Below, piece by piece: positions 1-9,024 of a DNA stretch of 64,000 nt. Source of the stretch: Alphaproteobacteria bacterium (GTDB taxonomy: Bacteria; Pseudomonadota; Alphaproteobacteria; GCA-2731375); the NCBI GenBank assembly GCA_030746635.1, contig JASLMH010000002.1:6348-70347 (forward strand), written 5' to 3'. The position numbers were made by a program, and so were the translations under genes. Positions within the stretch are counted from its first letter, which is position 1; every line of letters begins with the position of its first letter. The notes below the pieces were generated by a model. That model was not told the origin of the DNA. It searched no databases and saw only the letters and a program-made list of their open reading frames with translations.

Positions 1-1038
1 TTCATAGACCGCCGGCCCCTTGCGGAAGTGGGCCGCCTCTTCCAGGGTCTCGACGAACGGCATATTCGCGGGATACAGCTGCTCGCCGCGCGGCCGCGGT
101 CCGGCCTTCGAGACATGGCCCCACAGCGGATGGCCGACCACTTCCTGGGCGATCGCGGCGGCGTCGATCAGCCTATCGAGGTCATAGCCGGTCTCGATCC
201 CCAGCTCGTGGCACAGGTTGACGAAATCCTCGGTCGGTACGTGACCGGCGGCGCGGCCATTGCCGCAATAGGGGCAGCCGCCCATGCCGCCGAGCGAGGT
301 GTCGAATTCCCCGACGCCCAACTGCAGCGCTTCATAGTAACTGGCCAGGGTCACGCCGCGGCTGTCGTGCAGGTGCATGTGGAAGTCGGTGATTTCCGGC
401 CAACGTTCGCGGATGGCCAAAATCGTCTCGCGCACTTCGTGCGGCATGTTCCAGCCCATGGCGTCGAGGAACGAACAGCGTGTGACCTGGATGCCGGCGT
501 CGTGCCACTTCGCCATCATCAACTCGAGCAGCGCCATTCGCTGGTCCAGGGAGAACGGGCCCTGGAAGTTCGAGCCGAAGGGATTGCCCAGGCCGACCGC
601 GCCGGACTGGGCGTCGGCTTCCTTGGCGGCGGCGACCGCCGCGTCCAGGCCGGCGATCTGCTCGGCCTGGGTGCGGTTGTAGTTGCGGCGCGCGAAGGTA
701 TCGCAAAGCTCGACATTGGTGCGGTGGCGTTTGTCGCGCACGTCGATCTTCGGATAATACCTGTCCGCCCGTTCGAATCCCTTGCGATTGAACACCGCCG
801 CCGTGTATTTCACGCCCGGCTTCGGCACGAAGCGTTCGGCGATCTCGTCGATGCAGGCCATCGACGGCGTCCATTTCGGATGCGCGAAGGAACCGATCGA
901 AATGACCCTGGCGCCGGTCTCGCCCAGTGCATCCAGCAGCCGCAGTTTTTCGTCCACCGGAATGTCGGCGCTCTCGATCTGCAGGCCCTCGCGCATGGTG
1001 TCGTCCGTGATCACCACCGACTTCGGCAACAGGCTCAT
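1..1038 (-). CDS. HMG-CoA lyase / citramalyl-CoA lyase-like DRE-TIM enzyme (3' end runs off the window)
   Basis: Manual minus-strand translation from ATG at 1038: MSLLPKSVVITDDTMREGLQIES...HMHLHDSRG...FDTSLGGMGGCPYCGNGRAAGH. These match the D-x-x-R-E-G-L-Q, H-x-H and GGCP motifs. Missing from the ORF track because there is no stop codon in the window. Confidence 0.8.
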   Translation of the reverse strand, partial: MSLLPKSVVITDDTMREGLQIESADIPVDEKLRLLDALGETGARVISIGSFAHPKWTPSMACIDEIAERFVPKPGVKYTAAVFNRKGFERADRYYPKIDVRDKRHRTNVELCDTFARRNYNRTQAEQIAGLDAAVAAAKEADAQSGAVGLGNPFGSNFQGPFSLDQRMALLELMMAKWHDAGIQVTRCSFLDAMGWNMPHEVRETILAIRERWPEITDFHMHLHDSRGVTLASYYEALQLGVGEFDTSLGGMGGCPYCGNGRAAGHVPTEDFVNLCHELGIETGYDLDRLIDAAAIAQEVVGHPLWGHVSKAGPRPRGEQLYPANMPFVETLEEAAHFRKGPAVYE

Positions 1039-1170
1039 GGTGGGTTCTCCTCGTGGTTTAGGCCTCCCTTTTACTAAGTGTGGCCCGGTCGAGTCGAACG
1101 CCGGTTGACGGCAAAGCAAGACGTCGGCCCCGAGTTGCCACGGGGACCGTTTGAAATTACCCGGATTTTC

Positions 1171-2487
1171 TTAGATTTGTGCCAGCTTCCGGGGCCGCGC
1201 GAAGCCGAGCCCCAGCAGGCCAAGGCTGAACAGCATGATGGCGCCGGGTTCGGGGACATTTATCTCGTCCGGGATGATCTCGGACTGCCATTTGAAAGCA
1301 CAGCGGCCGAAGCGAACGTCGTTGAGGACGATCTTGTCCGCGATGAGCTGCGTACAGCCCTGGGCGTTGTCGATGGCGATGGTGCCGCCCAGCCGGTCCA
1401 GGCTCCAGAACGCCACGCCGTTCAGAATGGTGTTCTGGAAGCTATCGATGGTCTGCGAGATGACGCTGGTCGCGAACAGGACATTGTTCAATCCGATGCC
1501 GCCGGTGCCGGTCAGGATATTGCCATTGCTGATCAGGAAGTTCGCGTTGTCGGCTACCCGAAACACCGCGAAGCCATCGGCGGGGCCGTCGATGACGAGG
1601 TTGGCGTTGGTTAGCTTGAAGTCCTTGTCGCTACCGCCGACCAGGGTGACGACATCGATGACGTTGAGGCCCGGATCGAGGTGGATCGTCAGGGTTTGCT
1701 CGGCCACGTTGGCCGTGGTGAAGGAATTGTCCGAGGCGATCTGGTTGAGCACGCCGGCATCGTCGCCCTTGATCTCGCCCTGAACAGAGCCATCGGTCAG
1801 ATCCAGGATGTCGGTCGCCGCCAGCGCGGGAATGACATTCGCCGCCGAGGCGGGATCGTCGAACAGGTCGTTCATCAGTGCGGTGAAATCCACGTTGCCG
1901 GTGACACCGGCGTAATTGGGATCATCGATGCGGGTGGTTTGATCGGCGTCGTTCGGGTTCACCTGCTGGCCATTGCTGCCGTCCCAGGTGTTCGGAAACA
2001 GGTTGGGATCATTGAAGAACGAGTTCTGGGTGCCGACGTCGCAATCGCTGGCGCTTTGCGTGCAGTGGATGCCCAGGTCGCCATAGACGCCGACGTCCTG
2101 AAGATTGAACACGCCATCGGCGCTGGTGATGGCGATGTTGCCGCCGCCGATCACGCCGCTCGCCACGGGGGCGGCGTTGCTGGGCAGGTCGGGGACGTTG
2201 CCGTCCAGGTCCGGGCCGCCGCCATTGCCGCCGTCCAGGAAGTCCGACGTTGCGGGCACGGGTGCCTTGTTGGCGCCGATCTCGAAATTGTTGACGTTGA
2301 CGGCCTGGCCAACGCCCGGGGCATCGCCCAGATCGTTCACCGGGCCCAGGCCGATCAGGAGATAGTCGTCGGTCTCGCCGGTCGGCACGGCAAGGGGGGT
2401 GGCATGGGCTTGCAGGGAGAAGGAAAGGAAGGTCCCAACCAGTAGCGCTACCCTAACGCCAACACCCGAACATGCTGTCTTCGACAT
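1171..2487 (-). CDS. PEP-CTERM surface protein
   Basis: N-terminal signal peptide (…SLQAHA); Asp/Gly/Asn-rich body; C-terminal VPEPGAIMLFSLGLLGLGFARPRK sorting signal. Confidence 0.88.
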   Translation of the reverse strand: MSKTACSGVGVRVALLVGTFLSFSLQAHATPLAVPTGETDDYLLIGLGPVNDLGDAPGVGQAVNVNNFEIGANKAPVPATSDFLDGGNGGGPDLDGNVPDLPSNAAPVASGVIGGGNIAITSADGVFNLQDVGVYGDLGIHCTQSASDCDVGTQNSFFNDPNLFPNTWDGSNGQQVNPNDADQTTRIDDPNYAGVTGNVDFTALMNDLFDDPASAANVIPALAATDILDLTDGSVQGEIKGDDAGVLNQIASDNSFTTANVAEQTLTIHLDPGLNVIDVVTLVGGSDKDFKLTNANLVIDGPADGFAVFRVADNANFLISNGNILTGTGGIGLNNVLFATSVISQTIDSFQNTILNGVAFWSLDRLGGTIAIDNAQGCTQLIADKIVLNDVRFGRCAFKWQSEIIPDEINVPEPGAIMLFSLGLLGLGFARPRKLAQI

Positions 2488-2571
2488 GACCCTGTACTCT
2501 TCTTCCGCCGGATTCTGGCGATTTGCGCCGACCCGTGCCGATTTTCTTGCCCCCTGTTCACCTATCTGTGA

Positions 2572-2587
2572 TGCAAATGCCGTGCCA
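2572..2587 (-). promoter_or_regulatory. sigma54 -24/-12 promoter of the PEP-CTERM gene
   Basis: Minus strand reads TGGCACGGCATTTGCA, an exact TGGCAC-N5-TTGC match, about 85 bp upstream of the start codon. Confidence 0.85.
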
Positions 2588-2605
2588 ACTTTTCATGCAT
2601 ATTTG

Positions 2606-2666
2606 AATCAATGACTTAGGGGAGGTCTGACACATGCCCCAACAGTACATGTAAAGTTTTCCGACA
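2606..2666. promoter_or_regulatory. IHF site plus candidate enhancer (bEBP) site
   Basis: AATCAATGACTTA (2606-2618) fits WATCAA-N4-TTR. TGTAAAGTTTTCCGACA (2650-2666) has a close counterpart at 54271-54287. Confidence 0.7.
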
Positions 2667-2839
2667 CTATTGGCGTGCCGGACAGGACTGGCCGGTCGAA
2701 AGCAACCAGCACACACCGAACGCACGTTCGGGACAAGGCCGGCGACGGGGTCGCGCCGCTGTACTATGGTTGGCCTCGACTTTGGTACCAGCGGTCTGGC
2801 CCTATCGCGCGCGGATCTGTAGCTACCGGGAGGTCCACG

Positions 2840-5167
2840 ATGACCAGCGCCGTTCTCGGCCAGTCCATTCCCCGCCTTGAAGACCGCCGGTTCCTGACCG
2901 GTGCCGCCACCTTCACCGACGACATCGATGTCGAGGGTCAACTGTACGGCGCCGTGCTGCGTTCGCCCCATGCCCACGCCATCATCCGCGCCATCGACAC
3001 GGAGGCCGCGGCGGCCGCGCCGGGGGTGGTGGGGGTGCATGTCGAGGCCGATCTGCGGGCCGACGGCCTGGGTGCGTTCCCGTGCGTTGCCGCCGCCGTG
3101 GTCGCCACGGTCGATCCGATCATCGTGCCGCCACGTTATGCCCTGGCCCGAGACCGGGTGCGGCACGTCGGCGATCCGGTGGCCTTCGTGGCGGCGGAAA
3201 GCCTGGCGGCGGCCCTGGACGCGGTCGAGCTGATCGAGGTCGACTACCAGGCCCTGCCGGCGGTGGCCGACCAGCGCGCGGCCCTGGCCCCGGGCGCGCC
3301 CGAGCTTTGGGCGGAGGCGGCGAACAACCTCTCCTACCGGTTCCGGAAGGGTGATCGGGCGGCGGTCGAGCGGGCCATGGCCGAAGCGGCGCATGTGGTC
3401 GAGCTCGACATCACCAACAACCGGGTCTCGGCGGCGCCGATCGAGCCGCGCGTGGCCATCGGCGCCCACGATCCCGCGACCGATGTCCTGACCCTGACCG
3501 TGGCGGGCCAGGGTGTGCACGGCATCCGCAATCAATTGGCCGGTGCCATATTCAACCTGCCCAACGAAAAGATCCGGGTCTTGGCGCCCGACGTCGGCGG
3601 CGGCTTCGGCCTGAAGAATTTCGTCTACCCGGAGCTGGTGCTGGTGCTGTGGGCGGCCCGGCGCCATGGCCGGCCGGTGAAATGGCGGGCCGATCGCAAC
3701 GAGGATTTCCTCAGTTCCACCCATGGCCGCGACATCCGGACCATGGCCCGGCTGGCGCTGGACCCGGACGGCAATTTTCTTGCTCTCGATGCCGACCTGG
3801 TCGCCAACATGGGCGCCTATCTGTCGGCTTTCGGTCCCGGCTGCTCGACCAATTCGGCCTCCACCGCCATGGGCGGGGTTTACGCCATCCCGGATGTCTT
3901 CATGGAGGTGCGCGGCGCTTTCACCAACACGGTGCCGGTCGATGCCTATCGCGGCGCCGGCAAGCCCGAGGCCAACTACATCATCGAGCGGCTGATCGAC
4001 GCCGCCGCCCGGCGCCTGGGCTTCGATCCGGTGGCCCTGCGCCTGCGCAACGTCATCGACGCCTACCCCTATCGCAGCGCCCTGGATCAGGAGATCGATT
4101 CCGGCGGCTTCAAGGAGAATATCGAGGCCGCCGTGCGGCTGGCGGACCGTGACGGTTTCGAGGGGCGGCGGGTCGCGGCGGCCGCACGGGGGCGCCTGCG
4201 CGGCCTGGGCGTCGCCTGTTTTCTCGAAACCGCGCGGGGCGCGCCGGAGGAGGGGGCGGAAATCCGCTTCCGCGCCGACGGCAAGGTGGAGCTGCTGCTG
4301 GGCACCGAGGCCAACGGCCAGGGGCACGAGACCACCTTCCCACAGATCGCCTCGGCCATGCTTGGCCTGCCGATCGAGAGCTTCCATTACATTCAGGCGG
4401 ATACCGGGCGGACCCGCTCCGGCCACGGGCATGGCGGCGCCCGCTCCATGCACATGGGCGGCAGCGCCCTGGTGCTGGCCATGGAGGGGGCGTTGGACAA
4501 GGGCCGAGAGGTGGCGGCGCAATTGCTGCAGGCCGAGGCGGCCGAGCTGGAGTTCGCCGAGGGCCGCTTCAGCGTCCGGGGCAGCGAGCGCGGCGTCTCC
4601 CTGCTGGAGGTGGCGGCGGCGGCGCGCGATCCGAAGACCGCGCCGGACGACGGCGGCAACGGCCTGGATACCTATGCCCGGCGCGAAGGCGCGCCCTTCA
4701 CCTTCCCCAGCGGCTGCCACGTGGCGGAAGTGGAAATCGACCCCGAGACCGGCGGCGTGACCCTGCTGCGCTATCTGATGGTCGACGACTACGGCCGCTT
4801 GCTCAATCCGCGCCTGACCGAGGGCCAGGTGCATGGCGGCGTCACCCAGGGCATCGGCCAGGCCATGGCGGAGACCATCGCCTACGATCCCGAATCCGTC
4901 CAGCAACTGACCGCCACCTTCCTGGACTATGGTGTGCCGAGAGCGACGCAACTGCCAGCCTACGAGACCCACTTCGAGCAGCGCCCGACCGCGGTCAATC
5001 CCCTGGGCGTCAAGGGTTCGGGCCAGGCCGGCTGCATGTCCGCGCCGCAGACCATCGTCAACGCCATCCTCGACGCCCTGGCGCCCCTTGGCATCGACGA
5101 TATCGACATGCCGGCCACGCCCGACCGCATCTGGCGGGCCATCCAGGCGCCGAAGGGGCGGCGGTGA
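2840..5167 (+). CDS. Xanthine dehydrogenase / CoxL-like molybdopterin-binding large subunit
   Basis: Motifs R-x-ED-x-RFLTG, VLRSPHAHA, DVGGGFG, AYRGAGKPEA, GQGHET, GQVHGGVTQGIGQA, NPLGVKGSG. Start taken at the ATG at 2840 after GGGAGG. Confidence 0.92.
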   Translation: MTSAVLGQSIPRLEDRRFLTGAATFTDDIDVEGQLYGAVLRSPHAHAIIRAIDTEAAAAAPGVVGVHVEADLRADGLGAFPCVAAAVVATVDPIIVPPRYALARDRVRHVGDPVAFVAAESLAAALDAVELIEVDYQALPAVADQRAALAPGAPELWAEAANNLSYRFRKGDRAAVERAMAEAAHVVELDITNNRVSAAPIEPRVAIGAHDPATDVLTLTVAGQGVHGIRNQLAGAIFNLPNEKIRVLAPDVGGGFGLKNFVYPELVLVLWAARRHGRPVKWRADRNEDFLSSTHGRDIRTMARLALDPDGNFLALDADLVANMGAYLSAFGPGCSTNSASTAMGGVYAIPDVFMEVRGAFTNTVPVDAYRGAGKPEANYIIERLIDAAARRLGFDPVALRLRNVIDAYPYRSALDQEIDSGGFKENIEAAVRLADRDGFEGRRVAAAARGRLRGLGVACFLETARGAPEEGAEIRFRADGKVELLLGTEANGQGHETTFPQIASAMLGLPIESFHYIQADTGRTRSGHGHGGARSMHMGGSALVLAMEGALDKGREVAAQLLQAEAAELEFAEGRFSVRGSERGVSLLEVAAAARDPKTAPDDGGNGLDTYARREGAPFTFPSGCHVAEVEIDPETGGVTLLRYLMVDDYGRLLNPRLTEGQVHGGVTQGIGQAMAETIAYDPESVQQLTATFLDYGVPRATQLPAYETHFEQRPTAVNPLGVKGSGQAGCMSAPQTIVNAILDALAPLGIDDIDMPATPDRIWRAIQAPKGRR

Positions 5168-5261
5168 ATCCAGATGCCCGGGTCAGGCCAGGGCATGACA
5201 TAACTTATTGATATTAATATAAAAATCGTCATTGCCGGGCTCGACCCGTCAATCTCGACGG
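5131..5261 (+). repeat. 131-bp direct repeat copy 1 (last 12 codons of the molybdoenzyme gene + REP doublet)
   Basis: Aligns without gaps to 8025-8155 at a constant offset of 2894 bp. Confidence 0.9.
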
Positions 5262-5348
5262 TGCTTGACGCTACCGAATGACCCTAAGCGGGCATGGGGC
5301 ATTAGCCGAGACCGTGGCCGTGAATTTGTGTGTAACATCGTTCATCGT

Positions 5349-6935
5349 TCATCGTTCCGGCACACCTGCCGCCCTGAGGTTGTTCAAATATCTCTCCAGA
5401 TATGGCGGGTGAAAGCTGCGCAGCATCGAGGTGATTTTGCATACCGATACATCGGGCAGCAGTTCCCTAGCCCCATCGAGTGCACGGCGGGCTTCCTTGG
5501 TCCTGCCCAGGGCACTGTAGGAGGCGACGAGCAGCAAATGGGACCAGAAGTTGGCGTTCGGCTGCCGGATCGATTTCATTGCGTCGATAACGGCCTGTTC
5601 ATGATTGCCCAACAGCCCATTTGCGCTGCCCCGGAACAGGTAGAACGAAAATAGTGCCGGATCGTGTGGGCTGAGGCGAATGGCGTGATCCGCCAACGGA
5701 AGTGCCAATGCCGCATTGCCGAACCAAATGTGCGTAACCGCAAGGCCATGATATGCGAGGGCAAAATTCGGGTTCAGGTCAATGGCTGTCTCCATCGCCG
5801 AGATGGCTCGTTCGCGGTCGCCTAAGTCGATGCAAACCTGCCCAAGCGCATAATGATTGAAGCTGTCGCGGTCATCCAAGACGATCGCCCGTTTGGCGTC
5901 GCGCACGCCTTGCTCGAGAACCGGCGCGGCATCCGCCACATAGCCAAGGGCGGACTCCGCGTGGGCGATGATGGCAAGTGTGCCGAACGGGCGGGAAAAT
6001 TCAGGCGCCCGTTTGCTTGCCTGTTCGAAAAGCCGGCGCGCTTCCGATAAATCATTCTTGGAAAACCTGTAGAAGTGCCACATGCCGCGCTGATAAAGAT
6101 CCCAGGCGTTCATGTCGGTCTTTTTCGTGTGGGCGATCCGCCGTTCGCTGCCGGCAAGTTCGGCGTCGACGTTGGCGCTGATGGCTTCGGCTAGCTCATC
6201 CTGCAGATCGAAGATGTCGACCAGTTCCCGGTCATATCGTTCTGCCCAGATGTGGTTGCCGGTTTCCGCCTCGATCAACTGCACGGAGACCCGAACCCGG
6301 CTCCCGTCCTTGCGGACGCTGCCTTCCAGCACATAGCGCACCCCCATCTCCCGCCCGACCTGCTTCACGTCAACAGCTTTGCCTTTGTAGGTGAATGTGG
6401 AGTTGCGCGCGATCACCAACAGCCAGCGCAGACGGGACAGGGCCGTGATAACGTCCTCCGTGATCCCGTCGGAGAAGTATTCCTGTTCCGGATCGCCTGA
6501 CATGTTCTCGAGCGGTAGCACGGCGATGGAAGGCTTGCCAGCAGGCGGGGGGTCCGTCAGGCCGGTCACGATGGCGGCGGAGGCCGCTGTCGTTGCGCCG
6601 TGGCCGGCGGCCTCCCGACCGTCGTCGCGCACCTCGACATTGGCGACAAAGCGAAAGCCCCGGCGCGGTAACGTGCGGATATAGTCCTGCCGCCTGCCGT
6701 TGTCGCCGATGGCCAAGCGGGCGTTCTTGATGCAGGTGCTCAAGGCCCAGTCGGAGACATGGCGGCCGGCCCAGATTTGTTGGTTGAATTCCTCCCGGCC
6801 GATCAAGCGATCCCGATGTTCGACCAGATAAAACAGCAGGTCCAGCACCTTCGGTTCAACGGCAACGGCCCGCCCTTGTTTTTGCAGTTCATGGCGATCA
6901 GGGTCCAGTTCGCAGTCCCCGAAAAGATAGGTCAT
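5349..6935 (-). CDS. Winged-helix (OmpR/CadC-type) + TolB-like + TPR transcriptional regulator
   Basis: N-terminal YLFGDCELD…EPKVLDLLFYL…IRTLPRRGFRF; central KPSIAVLPLENMSGDPEQEYFSDGITED; C-terminal TPR-like repeats (AIDLNPNFALAY). Confidence 0.88.
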   Translation of the reverse strand: MTYLFGDCELDPDRHELQKQGRAVAVEPKVLDLLFYLVEHRDRLIGREEFNQQIWAGRHVSDWALSTCIKNARLAIGDNGRRQDYIRTLPRRGFRFVANVEVRDDGREAAGHGATTAASAAIVTGLTDPPPAGKPSIAVLPLENMSGDPEQEYFSDGITEDVITALSRLRWLLVIARNSTFTYKGKAVDVKQVGREMGVRYVLEGSVRKDGSRVRVSVQLIEAETGNHIWAERYDRELVDIFDLQDELAEAISANVDAELAGSERRIAHTKKTDMNAWDLYQRGMWHFYRFSKNDLSEARRLFEQASKRAPEFSRPFGTLAIIAHAESALGYVADAAPVLEQGVRDAKRAIVLDDRDSFNHYALGQVCIDLGDRERAISAMETAIDLNPNFALAYHGLAVTHIWFGNAALALPLADHAIRLSPHDPALFSFYLFRGSANGLLGNHEQAVIDAMKSIRQPNANFWSHLLLVASYSALGRTKEARRALDGARELLPDVSVCKITSMLRSFHPPYLERYLNNLRAAGVPER

Positions 6936-7251
6936 TGCGTCCCCACCTATGCACCATGCGCCGTTTAGGCCGCGCGCAAACACCACATGGCGAGACCCGA
7001 AACGCGGGCACCTGTGCGCCATTATAGGGTTGAATGAACCGCCCTTGAAGTTTCACTGATCGCAAGTTTCCTCAAAGCATCCTCAAGAAACCGTCAAGCC
7101 ATAAACCCAATATCCCTCAAGCAGTCGGTTTTCGTGGGTCTTATTGTTCGATCTACGGGGAACCGGAAAACGCCTGCCGGCGGAACGCCGACAAGAACGA
7201 CCGGGGGCAAACCGACGCGACGTCGCAGCGTCTTATCGATGGAGGCCTACC

Positions 7252-7914
7252 ATGAATGAATTCGCCAAAACGCCTAGGCTAACTGGGCTCGGTCTTCGAT
7301 CATTTCAAAGCGGAATTCTCGTCACCACGTTCATGCTCGTTACCGTGGCCGCGTTCGCCCAAAGCCCCCGCGAAAAGATTGCCGCCCGTGGAGTCGACTA
7401 CACGACCGAAGAGTTCATACACCGCGCGGCGGCCGGCGAATTCGAGACCGTCAAACTGTTCCTGGCTGCGGGTATGGATGTGAATGCAAGAAATTCATAC
7501 GCGACCAAAAGGAGGCGGGGTTTTGGGGGACAAACCGCCCTGCATTCGGCTGCCTCGGGTGGACACGCGAAGATTGTTGCATACCTGCTCGAAAAGGGTG
7601 CTGCCTATGACACGAGGGCCAACCACAATTCATCGCCCCTGTTGGGTGCGGCGCTCGCCGGTCATGCGAAAGTCATCGCGTTACTGGTGGAAAAGGGCGC
7701 GGACATCAACAGGCAGGATACATACAGCCAGACCCCGCTAGTTCTCTCCACAAAGTCGGGGAATATCGATGCCGTGAAAATACTGCTGGCTCATGGCGCG
7801 AAGGTGAACGTAATGGACTTCACCCGTGCCACCGCCCTGGATCACGCCAAGAATCCCGAAATCGTCCGGTTGCTGAAAGACGCGGGTGGAAAGAAAGCCG
7901 GCGAACTGCGTTAA
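7252..7914 (+). CDS. Exported ankyrin-repeat protein
   Basis: GGAGG RBS; hydrophobic signal-like segment ending AAFA; ankyrin repeats GQTALHSAA…, SPLLGAA…GADIN, TPLVLS…GAKVN. Confidence 0.88.
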   Translation: MNEFAKTPRLTGLGLRSFQSGILVTTFMLVTVAAFAQSPREKIAARGVDYTTEEFIHRAAAGEFETVKLFLAAGMDVNARNSYATKRRRGFGGQTALHSAASGGHAKIVAYLLEKGAAYDTRANHNSSPLLGAALAGHAKVIALLVEKGADINRQDTYSQTPLVLSTKSGNIDAVKILLAHGAKVNVMDFTRATALDHAKNPEIVRLLKDAGGKKAGELR

Positions 7915-8024
7915 GCCTGTAATCGCCCGATGACCGCTGTGGGCTGAAGCCAGGCAGTCCATGACGCGTGCGATGTGTCCGTTTTTTCGGAACCGTGATT
8001 CGGACGACCTTGGCGGCGTCACCG

Positions 8025-8155
8025 CTGGCAGGCGGTCCAGGCGGCGAAGGCACGGGGTTGAATCCAGATGCCCGGGTCAGGTCCGGGCATGACATAACTT
8101 ATTGATATTAATAGTAAACTCGTCATTGCCGGGCTCGACCCGGCAATCTCGACGG
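8025..8155 (+). repeat. 131-bp direct repeat copy 2
   Basis: Begins with a diverged copy of the molybdoenzyme 3' end (WQAVQAAKARG* vs WRAIQAPKGRR*), followed by a near-identical REP doublet. Confidence 0.9.
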
Positions 8156-8250
8156 CGTGTGGCCTGGCGATACCAGCCTACGCCGTCATCAGCTCCCGCG
8201 CGGCCTGGACGATCGCATCCTTGCCCGGCGGTACAGCCGCTTCCATGGCG

Positions 8251-9024
8251 TTATTCGACCTCCGACATCTCGATGCCGAAGTCGTTGGCCAGGGCGGCGC
8301 CGAAGGCGCGCTCGTCGGCGATCGGTTGTTCCTGCCGACCGGCCGCCGTGGTCTCCACCAGCCTGTCGTCGGTCAGGGTCAGCAGCCGTCCGTCCCGGCG
8401 GCGCGAGCAGACCCTGCTTTGGGTGAAATGGCTGTCGGCCGACGTCTGGTGGTGGTCGCACATGGCGGTGAAATCCGCCAGCCGACGAGGGGTCAGCGAG
8501 AATTGATAGCGATCCCGCCAAGGCCCGCCGGGCGGTCTGGCGGCCATCCGCCAATCGCCGTCCCGCCGGGCGAGGCGATATTCGCTGTCGCCGCGACGCT
8601 GCGGTCCGGCCCCGTCCAGACAAAGCGGCTCGGTAAAGCCATCGCCGAAGCCGACGTCGGCCAGCCAGCGGCCTTCCGTTTCCACCAGCAGGGTGAGGTG
8701 ATCGAATTCCGGTGCGAGGGCGCCGTCCTTGCCGACCACCCGGGCCGACAGCAACGACACGGCGAAGCCCAGTTCCCGCAATAACGCCGCGAACAAGCCG
8801 TTCAACTCGAAGCAGAAGCCGCCGCGTCGGCGGCCGACGATCTTTTCGAACAGCGCCGCCTCGTTCAGGACGATCGGCCGGCCCAGGTGGATATCCAGGT
8901 TCTCGAACGGCACGGTTTCGAGGTGGGCCCGATGCAGCGCCCGCAGGGTTTCCGCATTGACATCCCTGGGGCCGGCGTGGCCGATACGCGCCAGATAGGC
9001 GTCCAGATCCATTGGACCGGGCAT
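8251..9024 (-). CDS. Arylamine N-acetyltransferase
   Basis: YLARIG, VPFENLD, RRRGGFCFELN (catalytic Cys), DHLTL, ADVGFG. An alternative start lies at 9012. Confidence 0.92.
   Translation of the reverse strand: MPGPMDLDAYLARIGHAGPRDVNAETLRALHRAHLETVPFENLDIHLGRPIVLNEAALFEKIVGRRRGGFCFELNGLFAALLRELGFAVSLLSARVVGKDGALAPEFDHLTLLVETEGRWLADVGFGDGFTEPLCLDGAGPQRRGDSEYRLARRDGDWRMAARPPGGPWRDRYQFSLTPRRLADFTAMCDHHQTSADSHFTQSRVCSRRRDGRLLTLTDDRLVETTAAGRQEQPIADERAFGAALANDFGIEMSEVE

Noticed and set aside
1..1038. Functional link between the HMGL-like lyase (or cimA) and the glutamate-mutase-like operon through citramalate
   Set aside because: About 57 kb and 38 kb away respectively, separated by housekeeping blocks; cimA is in its usual cysS context. 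No sequence support.
28..1077. 349-aa + strand ORF
   Set aside because: Antisense shadow of the minus-strand HMGL-like gene, which has clear family motifs.
5165..8155. Repeats as a CRISPR array or IS terminal repeats
   Set aside because: Only isolated copies kilobases apart, no spacer periodicity, no cas or transposase gene.
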